The position numbers and the translations under genes are program-made. Of a stretch of DNA of 59,372 bases, positions 8,669 to 18,278 are shown in pieces (positions within the stretch are counted from its first letter, which is position 1; each line of letters starts with the position of its first letter). This DNA is from an uncultured Candidatus Bathyarchaeia archaeon (lineage in GTDB: Archaea; Thermoproteota; Bathyarchaeia; TCS64; B23). The stretch lies in the NCBI GenBank assembly GCA_964525955.1, contig CAZGKJ010000002.1, forward strand, positions 1 to 59,372, in the 5' to 3' direction. The notes below the pieces were generated by a model, which was not told the origin of the DNA, did not search any database, and was given only the letters and a program-made list of their open reading frames with translations.

Positions 8669-10114
8669 TTAAGTTTCGATCCTCCATCTCGTCCCCTTAG
8701 GTGTGTCCTCGAGGACTATGCCCACGCCCTGGAGCTCCTCCCTGATCCAGTCTGATAGGTCGTAGCGCCTCTCAGCCCTCAGCCTCTCCCTAACTTCAAT
8801 CAAGACACTTAGGGCCTTCCCGAGGAGCTCTGGGGCCTCAGCCCTCCGCTCCAATAGGCCGAGGGTGTTCAGCAACCCCCTATAGGTCTCATAGCCTTTT
8901 AGGAGGATGCCCTTGTTTGGTCTTCCCTCCGCATAGGTGTTTAGGGTTCTGGACATGGCGTGCAGTGCGTCGAGGGCGCCGTGGGTGTCTAGGTCATCAT
9001 CCATAGAGGCCTCGAATCTCAGCCTGAGGGCCTTAACCTCCCTAAGGAATCGCTCCTCCTCGACGCCGTAGCTGAGCTTCACATCCGGCTGCCTGAGGGC
9101 GTCCTCAACGATGCTTAGGGTGTTCCCCAATCGTTTAACCGCTGCCTCAGCTCCCTCCATCACCTCGTCTGTGTAGTCGATCTGGCGTCGATAGTGGGCT
9201 GATAGGTAGAAGTATCTCAGCGCATCTGGGCTATACTCCCGTAGGGCCTCGCCGATCCTTATGATGTTGCCGAGGCTCTTACTCATCTTCTCACCCCTGA
9301 TCCTGAGGAAGGCGACGTGAAGCCAGTATCTGACGAAGGGCTTACCGGTTAGCCCCTCACTCTGGGCGATCTCATTCTCATGATGCGGAAAGATCAGGTC
9401 TTCACCTCCCATGTGTATGTCGAGGGTCTCTCCGAGATACTTCTGGGACATGACGCTGCACTCTATATGCCACCCTGGGCGTCCAGGCCCCCAGGGCGAA
9501 TCGTAGTATATTCCCCTCTCCAGCTCCTCCGGAGTCGAACGCTTCCATAGGGCGAAGTCCTGTGGAGACTCCTTATCATACTCATCGGCCAGCATCCTCT
9601 CGGTCTTACGCACCTTCGAGAGGTCGATGCGGCTCAGCTTCCCATACCCTGGAAACTTGTCGATGTCATAGTAGACGCCGTCCGATGCCACATAGGCCAA
9701 CCCCTTCTTGAGCAGCCCCTCTATAAACCTGATCATGTCGTCGATATGCTCCGTCGCCTTTGGATAGAGGGTCGCCCTCTTGATGTTCATCCTATCCAGG
9801 CCCTGTAGGAAGACCCTCGTATAGCGCTCCGTGAACTCCTTTAGGGATACGCCCTCTCGACCTGAGTCCCTTATGGTCTTGTCGTCGATGTCGGTGATGT
9901 TCATCACGTAGAAGACGTCGTATCCCCTATACTCCAGCCATCTCCGGACGATGTCGCCCATGACGAAGAGCCTGAAGTTCCCTATGTGGGGCTCGGCATA
10001 CACCGTTGGGCCGCAGACATACATCCGAACCTTCCCAGGCTCCAGGGGGACGAATGGCCTCTTCTCCCTGGTCAGGGTGTCATATAGCTTCAACAATCCA
10101 GAACACCTCCACAA
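8669..10114 (-). CDS. cysS: cysteine--tRNA ligase
   Basis: Class I signatures HIGN (AEPHIGNFR) and KMSKSLGN, plus the conserved LKLYDTLTREK N-terminus. The true start may be an in-frame TTG just before KLYDT. Confidence 0.95.
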   Translation of the reverse strand: MWRCSGLLKLYDTLTREKRPFVPLEPGKVRMYVCGPTVYAEPHIGNFRLFVMGDIVRRWLEYRGYDVFYVMNITDIDDKTIRDSGREGVSLKEFTERYTRVFLQGLDRMNIKRATLYPKATEHIDDMIRFIEGLLKKGLAYVASDGVYYDIDKFPGYGKLSRIDLSKVRKTERMLADEYDKESPQDFALWKRSTPEELERGIYYDSPWGPGRPGWHIECSVMSQKYLGETLDIHMGGEDLIFPHHENEIAQSEGLTGKPFVRYWLHVAFLRIRGEKMSKSLGNIIRIGEALREYSPDALRYFYLSAHYRRQIDYTDEVMEGAEAAVKRLGNTLSIVEDALRQPDVKLSYGVEEERFLREVKALRLRFEASMDDDLDTHGALDALHAMSRTLNTYAEGRPNKGILLKGYETYRGLLNTLGLLERRAEAPELLGKALSVLIEVRERLRAERRYDLSDWIREELQGVGIVLEDTPKGTRWRIET

Positions 10115-10247
10115 AGAACCTAATCAGGGCTGGGCTAATCGTCGAAGAAGGCCGATTCAGCCTTGGAGGATACAACACAATATTCTCAGCCCTCCAGCCC
10201 AGCCGAATAACACTCCCTACAGCAGAGATTTAAGCCTTTTCCGGTTT

Positions 10248-10574
10248 TCACTCCATCTTAAGCCTCGATTCCACCCTCCTGATCGATTCGAAATGCCTAT
10301 CCCTAGTTTTCAAGGTCATCTTGTTATTCACGGCTATGGCGGCGATGAGGATGTCTATCGCTGGGACTGGCTTCCCCCTCTTAAGCAGATTCATCGATAG
10401 CTTGATCGCCAATTTATAGTCGTCATAGGTTGGATAGATTATCCTCAGCCCCCGCATATCCAGTGCCTTTGGGAACTCTATTATGTTGAGGATGGTTGTG
10501 AAGGCCTTCAGCTCCTTAACTCCAGATTTGGCCTCCTCGATCAGGCTGCTCGTATCGTAGAGAACCTCTCCCAT
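10248..10574 (-). CDS. vapC: PIN-domain toxin (VapC)
   Basis: A short PIN-like protein with N-terminal VLYDTSSLIE and C-terminal LKTRDRHF. It overlaps the upstream RHH gene by 34 nt. Confidence 0.7.
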   Translation of the reverse strand: MGEVLYDTSSLIEEAKSGVKELKAFTTILNIIEFPKALDMRGLRIIYPTYDDYKLAIKLSMNLLKRGKPVPAIDILIAAIAVNNKMTLKTRDRHFESIRRVESRLKME

Positions 10575-10816
10575 CCCCTCTCCCTCATCATCTCATAATG
10601 CCTTATGGCTCTCTCAAGGCTGATCTCCGATAGGGCCCTGGCGAATTCCTCTCCAAGCTCCTCGAGGAGCTCCTCGGAGGGGACTATCCTCGGCTCCTCG
10701 ATCCGCTTTAGATACTCGATGATGGCCTTACGAGCCACCTCACTCCACTTAACCTCGGGATGGCCCTTCATACGCCTATATAGGTCTTCTGGTATGGATA
10801 GTGTAATACTTGGCAT
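10541..10816 (-). CDS. vapB: ribbon-helix-helix (CopG-like) antitoxin (VapB)
   Basis: The N-terminal beta-strand plus helices, ITLSIPEDLYRRMK...WSEVARKAIIEYL, are typical of RHH antitoxins. Confidence 0.7.
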   Translation of the reverse strand: MPSITLSIPEDLYRRMKGHPEVKWSEVARKAIIEYLKRIEEPRIVPSEELLEELGEEFARALSEISLERAIRHYEMMRERGWERFSTIRAA

Positions 10817-10882
10817 ATGTGAATTTACATAATCAACATATTTAAGGATAATTATGGATAAACTCTTAACTCCTGAGGGGGA

Positions 10883-11785
10883 GTGTTACCTGGAGGTGTT
10901 CTGGTGTTCAGGCTTGAGGGGATCATGCCTCCGATGTTGACGCCCTTCGATGAACGTGAGGAGATCGATGAGGAGGCTCTGCGAAGCGAGGTTCGATACC
11001 TGTTGGAGGTGGGCGTCCACGGCCTCGTCGTCTGCGGTAGCACCGGTGAGGGCTACTCGATGACCCCAGCGGAGGTGGGGAGGATCACCGAGATCGTCAG
11101 AGACGAAGCCGGTAAGGATGTCCCCCTAATAACGGGTGTGATAGCCAACTCGGCCAACGTCGCAATAGCCCTCGGCCTCGCAGCCAAGGCCTCTGGGGCT
11201 GACGGGCTGATGGTTACGCCGGTTCACTACGTCTTCAAGCCGACGGATGAGGGGAACATCGACTACTATAGGCGTATAGCCGACGCTGTGGGCCTACCCA
11301 TCGTCATCTACAACGTCATACCCTGGAACACCATCTCCGTTGAGCTGGCTGTTAGACTCGTCGACGAGGTTGAGGCCATCAGGGGCATAAAGCAGAGCGG
11401 AGGCGACATCCACGGCCTCGCAGACATGATCAAAGCCTTAGGGCATCGAATACCCATAATGTCAGCCCTCGACGATGTGCTGCTGGCCAGCTTCATCCTC
11501 GGAGCCAGAGGAGCCATAGCGGCCATCTGCACCATCGCCCCAGAGCTATGCCTCGACCTATGGGAGGCAGCCAAAGACGGAGACCTCAAACGGGGGGTGG
11601 AGCTCCATAGACGGTTGCTGCCCATCTGGAGGGCCGTGGGGAAAGGAGACATGCCAGCGAGGGCCAAGGAGGCGTTGAGAATTCTGGGTCGAAAAGCCGG
11701 AAGGGCGAGAAGCCCACTGATTCCGGTTGACGAGGAGGCGAGACAGGAGATAGAGGCAGCCCTGAGAGAGGCTGGACTACTCTAA
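10883..11785 (+). CDS. dihydrodipicolinate synthase/N-acetylneuraminate lyase family aldolase (DapA/KDG-aldolase-like)
   Basis: Blocks are MLTPF, VVCGSTGEGYSMT and IVIYNVIPW, with Schiff-base Lys context IRGIKQSGGD. The start is probably downstream of the annotated TTG/GTG. Confidence 0.85.
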   Translation: MLPGGVLVFRLEGIMPPMLTPFDEREEIDEEALRSEVRYLLEVGVHGLVVCGSTGEGYSMTPAEVGRITEIVRDEAGKDVPLITGVIANSANVAIALGLAAKASGADGLMVTPVHYVFKPTDEGNIDYYRRIADAVGLPIVIYNVIPWNTISVELAVRLVDEVEAIRGIKQSGGDIHGLADMIKALGHRIPIMSALDDVLLASFILGARGAIAAICTIAPELCLDLWEAAKDGDLKRGVELHRRLLPIWRAVGKGDMPARAKEALRILGRKAGRARSPLIPVDEEARQEIEAALREAGLL

Positions 11786-11797
11786 CCTTTTTCCTCC

Positions 11798-12643
11798 ATG
11801 GAAGAGTCTTTTAGGGCGTGGGTGTATCATTGGTTGGGTTGGTTGATGGAGATCGTTAGGGTTCTCTCCATGGCCGTTGAGTCGGCTGGGAGGGCTAGGG
11901 GTATAAAGCCTAGCGATGAGATTCATCTCTCAGCCCTTAGATGGGAGACCTATTCGGCCCTCCAGAATCTGCTCGACGCCCTCTCGATGTTGGCTTCAAC
12001 CCTTGGGTTGAGGAAGCCCAGCTCCTACGCCGAGCTTGGAATCATCCTGAGGGAGGGGGGAATCCTAGATGAGGGGGATGCTGAGCTTGTAGGGAGGGTC
12101 GCAAGGTCTAGGAATCTCCTAGCCCACGCATATAGGAGGATGAGCGGGGAGGAGTTGATGGAGATTGTTGAGGCTCTACTCCCAGGCGTCGAGGATATGG
12201 CTGGGAGGTTGATGGGGGAGGTTGAGAGGAGGGGCATAGACCCTGAGGGAGAGGTGGAGGAGCTTAAATCCCTCAGGGAGCTCTTCGAATCCGAGGGGAT
12301 TCTCCTCGCATATCTCTACGGCAGCAGAGCCAGGGGAGACGCCGATGAGGATAGCGACTACGATATAGCCCTCCTCTACGGAAGACCGATAGGCGTTATG
12401 GAGGAGGTGGAGATGGCAGTGAGGATCGCTGACAGGCTGAACATCCCAGCCGATAGGGTTGACATCCTCATCCTAGACAAGGCTGGAGTCGACCTAGCTA
12501 TGAGAGTCATCAGAGAGGGGAAGCCCATCTACGTCGCCGATGAGGATTTCAGACATCGATACGAGGCCCACATCACAATAGAATACCTAGACCTAAACGA
12601 CCTAATGGACATCTACCTCTCAAGAGCGATGAAGAAAAGTTAG
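11798..12643 (+). CDS. fused HEPN(DUF86/HepT-like)-nucleotidyltransferase(MntA-like) protein
   Basis: The HEPN RxxxxH motif RSRNLLAHAY lies in the N-terminal half. The minimal NTase motif YLYGSRARGDADEDSDYDIALLY lies in the C-terminal half. Confidence 0.75.
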   Translation: MEESFRAWVYHWLGWLMEIVRVLSMAVESAGRARGIKPSDEIHLSALRWETYSALQNLLDALSMLASTLGLRKPSSYAELGIILREGGILDEGDAELVGRVARSRNLLAHAYRRMSGEELMEIVEALLPGVEDMAGRLMGEVERRGIDPEGEVEELKSLRELFESEGILLAYLYGSRARGDADEDSDYDIALLYGRPIGVMEEVEMAVRIADRLNIPADRVDILILDKAGVDLAMRVIREGKPIYVADEDFRHRYEAHITIEYLDLNDLMDIYLSRAMKKS

Positions 12644-12676
12644 GGAAATAGGTTAAGAGGATAAAAAGGGTGGTTT

Positions 12677-14131
12677 TTAGCTTGGTGGTGTCCAGTCTGG
12701 TCTTGGGAAGACTGCCTCCCTCTGGGCTCCAGCCATGGGCCAGACGAGGTAGGCCTCACCCTCTATGACCTGGTAGATGACGGCTCCACCATAGGCGTTG
12801 TCCCCAACCTCATCGAACTCTATTCGACCAGTCGGGTAGAGGTCGGCGGCCGGCCCAGAGGTGATCTCAACGGCCATGAAGGCCTCCCTTAGATGGTCTG
12901 GGTCTAGGGTCTCATCCTCTGGGAACATCTCCCCGTAGAGCTCCAGGGCCTCCTTTATCGTCCAGAGGCTGTAGGAGACTATGCCCCCCGCCTCTGTTGG
13001 CTTCTTCCCATAGCGCTTCTCGAACTCCGAGACGAACCAGTTGTTGTAGGCCGTGTTCCTCGCCCAGGAGTAGCTGTAGGTCTGCGTTATATACTCAACC
13101 GTCTCGCCGCCCGACTCTATGGACTTTGGGTCTGCGAATCCGCAGGCTCCCTGACCTGCGATGAACATCGGCTTCCAGCCTAGGTCGTGGACAGCCTTTG
13201 CGAAGAGGAGGGCGTCGCCGAAGTAGGGGTGGATGATGACGACGTCGATATCCTCCTCCATCAGCTTGCTGACTATCGGCGTCATATCTGCGATGTCCCA
13301 GGGATACTCGATGTGGTCTACGACGTTCATCCCCAGCGTCGCAGCCCTCTCCATCGCCGCCAGGGCGCCTAGCTTGCCGAAGATGGAGTCCTCGTTGAGG
13401 ACGGCGATCCTGACGGTGCCTGGGTCTATTCCAGCTCTACGCAGCATCTCATAGACGAAGTTGACGTTCGTCACGGCGTGAGCCGAGTTCTTCGGACAGG
13501 CCCTGAAGATGTAGTCGCCCTGCTCTGTTAGATAGTCGACGAGGGCGTCGGCGACTACGATTACCTTAGCAGGCTCTGTGATGTCGAGCATACCTCCAGT
13601 ATGCCTGCTGATGTAGGCTCCGACGATTATGGGAACCTTCTCCACGTGGACCAGCCTCTCAGCCGCCAATTTTGCGCCGTCGACGGTGCTCTTGCTATCC
13701 TCTACGACGAGCTTGAGCTTCGCACCCTTCAGGTTGACTATGCCACCCTTACTGTTTATGTCCTCGATTATGAGTTCAGCCGCCTGCTTCGCCTCGGTTC
13801 CGAAGACTGCGTAGCCGCCGGTTAGAGGCTCGACGAGGCCGATCTTGATCTCCTTCAGCTTGAACTTCTCACCAGGCGTCGGGGCCTTCGTCAGCTCGGC
13901 CACCGTTCCCGTGATCTCCCCCATCTGCTCCGAGAGGGTCTCCATCCCCTCCATCACGTCGCTGAAGCCGCTGGAGACCTCCTCGGAGAGGGTTGAGATC
14001 TCCTCCATGGCCTTCACAGCCATCGATGCGGCCTTCGAGGCGGTATTGATGGCGACGGCTGAGACGGCGATGTTGACGATGAGGAGGATTATGACGACGA
14101 TATCTATCGGGGTTATCCTCCTCTCGGCCAT
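12677..14131 (-). CDS. ABC transporter substrate-binding protein, branched-chain amino acid (LivK/Peripla_BP_6) type, membrane-anchored
   Basis: The start is set at MAERRITP (ATG 14131), followed by a TM helix, a helical spacer of about 60 aa and then IKIGLVEPLTGGYAVFG, typical of Liv-type binding proteins. It is divergent from the permease genes. Confidence 0.85.
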   Translation of the reverse strand: MAERRITPIDIVVIILLIVNIAVSAVAINTASKAASMAVKAMEEISTLSEEVSSGFSDVMEGMETLSEQMGEITGTVAELTKAPTPGEKFKLKEIKIGLVEPLTGGYAVFGTEAKQAAELIIEDINSKGGIVNLKGAKLKLVVEDSKSTVDGAKLAAERLVHVEKVPIIVGAYISRHTGGMLDITEPAKVIVVADALVDYLTEQGDYIFRACPKNSAHAVTNVNFVYEMLRRAGIDPGTVRIAVLNEDSIFGKLGALAAMERAATLGMNVVDHIEYPWDIADMTPIVSKLMEEDIDVVIIHPYFGDALLFAKAVHDLGWKPMFIAGQGACGFADPKSIESGGETVEYITQTYSYSWARNTAYNNWFVSEFEKRYGKKPTEAGGIVSYSLWTIKEALELYGEMFPEDETLDPDHLREAFMAVEITSGPAADLYPTGRIEFDEVGDNAYGGAVIYQVIEGEAYLVWPMAGAQREAVFPRPDWTPPS

Positions 14132-14226
14132 ATCTATCTCCAAATTATAAATCGTAGGTGGAATATAAATCTCTGATCCAGGGTCTGGAAAGATTTTATT
14201 TATATGGGAGCCCATCTCTCGTTTGA
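14132..14226. promoter_or_regulatory. divergent promoter region with TATA-like boxes
   Basis: A 95-nt AT-rich spacer containing aaattataaat and attttatttatat lies between the divergent binding-protein and permease starts. Confidence 0.4.
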
Positions 14227-15096
14227 ATGTTATCTCCAACTCTGCTACTCCAGAACCTCATCTTCGGAGTTCTCCTGGGTAGCATATACGCCCTCGCAGC
14301 CATAGGGCTTTCACTCATCTTCGGCGTCGTAAACCTCACAAACTTCGCCCATGGAGACTTCATAATGCTGGCGATGTACATCTCCTACTTCTTAGGGGTC
14401 TCCCTCAAGCTCGACCCCATATTGACGCCCATCATAGGTTTCCCCGCCTTCTTCCTCCTCGGAGTGGCCGTCTACCTCGCCATCTTCCACAAGATCATAA
14501 GGGCTCCACCCCTATCACAGATCGCCGTCACCGTCGGCCTATTGGTGCTGCTGAGAAACTTCGCCCTCGCCGTCTGGCATGCCGAGCCTAAGAGCATACC
14601 CCGAACCCTACTCGGATACTCCTATCGATTGGGTCCACTACTCATACCAGCCGACAGGTTGACGGGGATGCTCATAAGCATAGCCACCTTCCTCATCCTC
14701 CACCTCTTCCTCACCAAGACCAAAACCGGGATAGCGATGAGGGCGCTGGCCGACGACCTCGACTCAGCAGCCCTGATGGGCGTCAACGTCAGAAACCTCA
14801 ACATGTTGACCTGCGCCCTCGGCATAGGCATCGTAGCCCTCGCAGGCGGCATCCTCCTGACCTTCCAGCCGGTGAACCCCATGACAGGCCTCATATATGG
14901 ATTGCTCACATGGTCCGTCGTCGCCATGGCAGGCCTCGGAGGGGTCTCGGGGATACTGCTCTCAGGCATCATCTTCGGCATAGCCGACGCCTTCACGGCG
15001 GCCTTCTGGGATCCGAGGGCCAGGGAGATCACCATCTACATCCTCTTCATCCTCCTCCTCTGGTTCAGGCCTAAGGGCCTCTTCGGGAGGCGGTGA
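14227..15096 (+). CDS. livH: branched-chain amino acid ABC transporter permease (LivH-type)
   Basis: Polytopic protein with the N-terminal pattern LGSIYALAAIGLSLIFGVVNLTNFAHGDF. Confidence 0.9.
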   Translation: MLSPTLLLQNLIFGVLLGSIYALAAIGLSLIFGVVNLTNFAHGDFIMLAMYISYFLGVSLKLDPILTPIIGFPAFFLLGVAVYLAIFHKIIRAPPLSQIAVTVGLLVLLRNFALAVWHAEPKSIPRTLLGYSYRLGPLLIPADRLTGMLISIATFLILHLFLTKTKTGIAMRALADDLDSAALMGVNVRNLNMLTCALGIGIVALAGGILLTFQPVNPMTGLIYGLLTWSVVAMAGLGGVSGILLSGIIFGIADAFTAAFWDPRAREITIYILFILLLWFRPKGLFGRR

Positions 15097-15097
15097 T

Positions 15098-16084
15098 ATG
15101 GATCGCAGACTCATACTGGCGCCTTTGATAAGCCTCGGGGTTCTCTCCATAATCCCCCCTCTCCTTGGCTTCAACAACTACTACCTCCTCCTCGCCAGCC
15201 TCATACTGCTTTATACGACGATGGTGAGCGCCTGGAACATCATAGGGGGATTCGCAGGGCAGGTGGATCTCGCAGCCGGAGCCTACCATGGGATAGGGAT
15301 CTTCGTCACAGGCCTCCTCTTCATCTTCTACAGGGTGACGCCTCTGATCGGCATCTTCCTCGGCGGAGCCGTCGCATCCCTTTTGGCCGTCGCCATAGGT
15401 TACCCAACCTTCAGATTCGGCCTGAGGGAGGTCTGGTATGCCCTCTCCTCCCTCGCCCTCGTCGTCATCCTCTACAAGCTCTTCCTCGTCTGGGAGAGCG
15501 TCGGCGGAACCATAGAGAGATACCTCCCAAAAGTCGGCTTCTCCTGGTTCTATCTGACCTTTCCAGGCAACTACCTCTACTACTACCTCATGTCAGCCCT
15601 CCTCCTCGCAGCCACCATAGCCATCAACATAAGGATCAGGTATAGCAGGCTGGGCTACTACCTCCTCGCAATAAGGGAGAATGAGGAGGCAGCCGAGATG
15701 CTCGGCATAGATGTCAGGAGATACAAGCTCTACGCATTGATAATCTACAGCTTCATAGTCGGCCTAACAGGGGGCATATTCGTATTGATGCTCGGCTACG
15801 TCCACCCAGTCCTCTTCGACTCCTGGATAAGCATCCAGACCGCCATCCTAGGAATCGTCGGAGGACTCGGCTCCATAGCTGGAGGCCCAATAATCGCAGT
15901 TATACTCCTCGCCGTAGCTGAGTATCTGAGGGTGAGATTCGGAGGCTACATACCTGGGCTACACCAGATACTCTTCGCCATAATCCTCATGCTCATAGTC
16001 CTCTTCAAGCCAGGGGGCATAGGGGAATGGCTTGACAGCCTATGGCATAGGATCACGGCTAGGAGGAGGATGGAGGTTGCCTAA
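15098..16084 (+). CDS. livM: branched-chain amino acid ABC transporter permease (LivM-type)
   Basis: Polytopic protein with SAWNIIGGFAGQVDL and AIRENEEAAEMLGI blocks. It starts 1 nt after the livH stop. Confidence 0.9.
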   Translation: MDRRLILAPLISLGVLSIIPPLLGFNNYYLLLASLILLYTTMVSAWNIIGGFAGQVDLAAGAYHGIGIFVTGLLFIFYRVTPLIGIFLGGAVASLLAVAIGYPTFRFGLREVWYALSSLALVVILYKLFLVWESVGGTIERYLPKVGFSWFYLTFPGNYLYYYLMSALLLAATIAINIRIRYSRLGYYLLAIRENEEAAEMLGIDVRRYKLYALIIYSFIVGLTGGIFVLMLGYVHPVLFDSWISIQTAILGIVGGLGSIAGGPIIAVILLAVAEYLRVRFGGYIPGLHQILFAIILMLIVLFKPGGIGEWLDSLWHRITARRRMEVA

Positions 16085-16805
16085 ACCAATACTGGAGGTT
16101 AGGGGCGTAACCAAGAGGTTCGGAGGGCTCACAGCCCTCAGCAGGGTATCCTTCAACGTCGAGGAGGGCGCCATCATAGGCATCATAGGGCCAAACGGAG
16201 CTGGGAAGACTACGCTCTTCAACGTCATCACAGGCTTCCTAAAACCGGAGGAGGGGGAGGTCATCTACGATGGCCAAACCATAACGGGATTGCCGCCACA
16301 TAGGATCGCAAGGATGGGCGTAGCGAGAACCTTCCAGATAGTCAAACCCTTCCCAGAGCTGACCGTCGAGGAGGCGGTGAGGGTTGGAGCCTACCTCAGA
16401 GCTAAGGATGAGGAGGAGGTGAACGACATCGTCGACGACGTCCTGGAGTTCGTCGGCATAGAGGAGCTCAGAGACCGCTATGGGAAGGAGCTCAACCTAA
16501 TACAGTTGAAGCTCACCGAGATCGCGAGGGCCCTTGCGACGAGGCCGAGGCTGCTGCTCGTCGATGAGGCCGTGGCGGGGCTGACCCCTGGGGAGATAGA
16601 TGACATCATAGAGATGATGCACCGAATCAACGAGGAGCGGCATATAACCGTCTGCCTCATAGAGCATATAATGAGATTCATCATGAGGGTGTCGGAGCGC
16701 ATCATCGTATTACATCACGGCGAGAAGATATTCGAGGGCAAGCCCGAGGAGGCCTATGAGGATGAGGCCGTAATAAAGGCCTACCTGGGGGAGAGACGGA
16801 TATGA
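16032..16805 (+). CDS. livG: ABC transporter ATP-binding protein (LivG-type)
   Basis: Walker A is GPNGAGKTT, Walker B is LLLVDEAVAG and the C-terminal block is VIKAYLG. A TTG at 16077 (MPKPILEVRG) is a more likely start. Confidence 0.9.
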   Translation: MTAYGIGSRLGGGWRLPKPILEVRGVTKRFGGLTALSRVSFNVEEGAIIGIIGPNGAGKTTLFNVITGFLKPEEGEVIYDGQTITGLPPHRIARMGVARTFQIVKPFPELTVEEAVRVGAYLRAKDEEEVNDIVDDVLEFVGIEELRDRYGKELNLIQLKLTEIARALATRPRLLLVDEAVAGLTPGEIDDIIEMMHRINEERHITVCLIEHIMRFIMRVSERIIVLHHGEKIFEGKPEEAYEDEAVIKAYLGERRI

Positions 16806-17509
16806 GTCTGAGGGTTGAGGGGTTAAACGTCGCCTATGGGAGGGTTCAAGTCCTCTGGGACGTCGCCTTCAAAGTTGAGAGGGGGAGACTCGTCTCCATC
16901 ATAGGGCCAAACGGAGCTGGGAAGACGACGCTGATAAAAACCATAAGCGGACTGCTCAGACCCCTAAGCGGCAAAATTCTCTTCGAAGACCATGACATAA
17001 CCGGAAGACCACCCCACACCATCAAGAAGCTCGGCATATCAACAGTCCCCGAGGGCAGAGGCCTATTCCCAAACCTCACCGTAAAGGAGAACCTCATGAT
17101 GGGAAGCTACACAATAAAAGACCGACAACGAATAGAGAAGAACCTCAGATTCATACATCAACTCTTCCCAATCCTCAGTGAACGTGAACAGCAACTCGCA
17201 GGCTCCCTAAGCGGCGGAGAAGCCCAGATGCTCGCCATAGCCAGAGCCCTAATGAGCGAGCCGAAGATGCTCCTCTTCGACGAGCCAAGCCTCGGCCTAG
17301 CACCAATGATCGTCGAGAAGGTCTTCGAAGTCATAAAGACACTCAAACAAAGAGGCATAACCATCCTCCTCGTAGAGCAGCACGTCCAACACGCCCTCGA
17401 ACTAGCAGACTACGCCTACGTCCTCGAAAACGGGAGAATAGTCCTCGAAGGCGGGGGCCAAGAACTCCTCGAAAACCCACACTTGAAAAAGCATTATTTA
17501 GGTCTTTAG
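16802..17509 (+). CDS. livF: ABC transporter ATP-binding protein (LivF-type)
   Basis: Walker A is GPNGAGKTT, the signature is LSGGEAQML and Walker B is LLFDEPSLGL. It overlaps livG by 4 nt. Confidence 0.9.
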   Translation: MSLRVEGLNVAYGRVQVLWDVAFKVERGRLVSIIGPNGAGKTTLIKTISGLLRPLSGKILFEDHDITGRPPHTIKKLGISTVPEGRGLFPNLTVKENLMMGSYTIKDRQRIEKNLRFIHQLFPILSEREQQLAGSLSGGEAQMLAIARALMSEPKMLLFDEPSLGLAPMIVEKVFEVIKTLKQRGITILLVEQHVQHALELADYAYVLENGRIVLEGGGQELLENPHLKKHYLGL

Positions 17510-17515
17510 GATACT

Positions 17516-17992
17516 TTATGTCTCTTCGATGAAAAACTCCGGTTCGATTCGCTCTATCTCAGCTATTTTATCGAAGTCATGATCATAGGATACGATTTTC
17601 TTTACACCCAGCTTTCTCATCGCATGGTAGGTGAGGGCGTCATCGAAGTCGAGGTCGAGTTGCTCCATATATCCAGTTGCCCTGATCCTGTCTGGGAGGG
17701 AGAGGGGGAGCACTCTCAGCCCTTTATAGGCTAGGAGGGAAGAGAGGAAGAGGCGGAGCTCCCTCGGCCCCCCTCCATACTGCTCCATGACGATCAGGAT
17801 GGAATCTATGTGGAAGAGGGTTGTTACACCCCTCAGGGCGCCGTCTCTCAGCGCTCTTAGGAGAGCTCCGCAGGCCGCGGCGTGCTCCTCATCAAGCTCC
17901 AGCTCTAAGAAGATGTTTGAATCTATGAAGTAAAGCTCACCCTCCCCTAAATCTCTCAATCCTGATTCTCCTCGCCTCATGTTGAAGCTCAA
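17516..17992 (-). CDS. vapC: PIN-domain toxin (VapC)
   Basis: The ELYFIDSNIFLELELD N-terminal acidic strand and C-terminal SYDHDFDK are typical of PIN. Confidence 0.75.
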   Translation of the reverse strand: MSFNMRRGESGLRDLGEGELYFIDSNIFLELELDEEHAAACGALLRALRDGALRGVTTLFHIDSILIVMEQYGGGPRELRLFLSSLLAYKGLRVLPLSLPDRIRATGYMEQLDLDFDDALTYHAMRKLGVKKIVSYDHDFDKIAEIERIEPEFFIEET

Positions 17993-18209
17993 CCCCCGAT
18001 TTCCCCACGCCCTTAAGCAGACCCCTAATCGCCTCTACGGGGTCCTCAGGCACCTCCACGCCGACGGCCTCCTCCCAACCCGCGATCCACATCCTAATCG
18101 CCTCCTCAGCAGCCCTACTTAGAGCCCCTCTGCCGTAGCCATAGGCCTCCATGGCAAGTCTCCTAAAACGACGCTCCAGATCCTCGTCCAGATATACCTT
18201 AAGGCCCAT
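17937..18209 (-). CDS. vapB: RHH-type antitoxin (VapB)
   Basis: A small protein with KVYLDEDLERRFRRLAME, lying upstream of and overlapping the PIN gene. Confidence 0.6.
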   Translation of the reverse strand: MGLKVYLDEDLERRFRRLAMEAYGYGRGALSRAAEEAIRMWIAGWEEAVGVEVPEDPVEAIRGLLKGVGKSGVELQHEARRIRIERFRGG

Positions 18210-18271
18210 AGCTTAAGGGAAAAGGGAACAAAGATATTTATCCCTTTAGGAACAAAATGGATGGCAGGATC

Positions 18272-18278
18272 AAAAAAA
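18272..18278 (-). terminator. oligo-T (T7 on minus strand) immediately after the S9 peptidase stop
   Basis: The plus-strand A7 abuts the TAA stop of the minus-strand gene. Confidence 0.45.

Noticed and set aside
10115-10247. Structured RNA between vapC and cysS: ggctgggct near 10131 is complementary to agcccagcc near 10195
   Set aside because: It is a single 9-bp long-range pairing in GC-rich sequence with no further supporting helices. It is more likely the cysS promoter/leader region.
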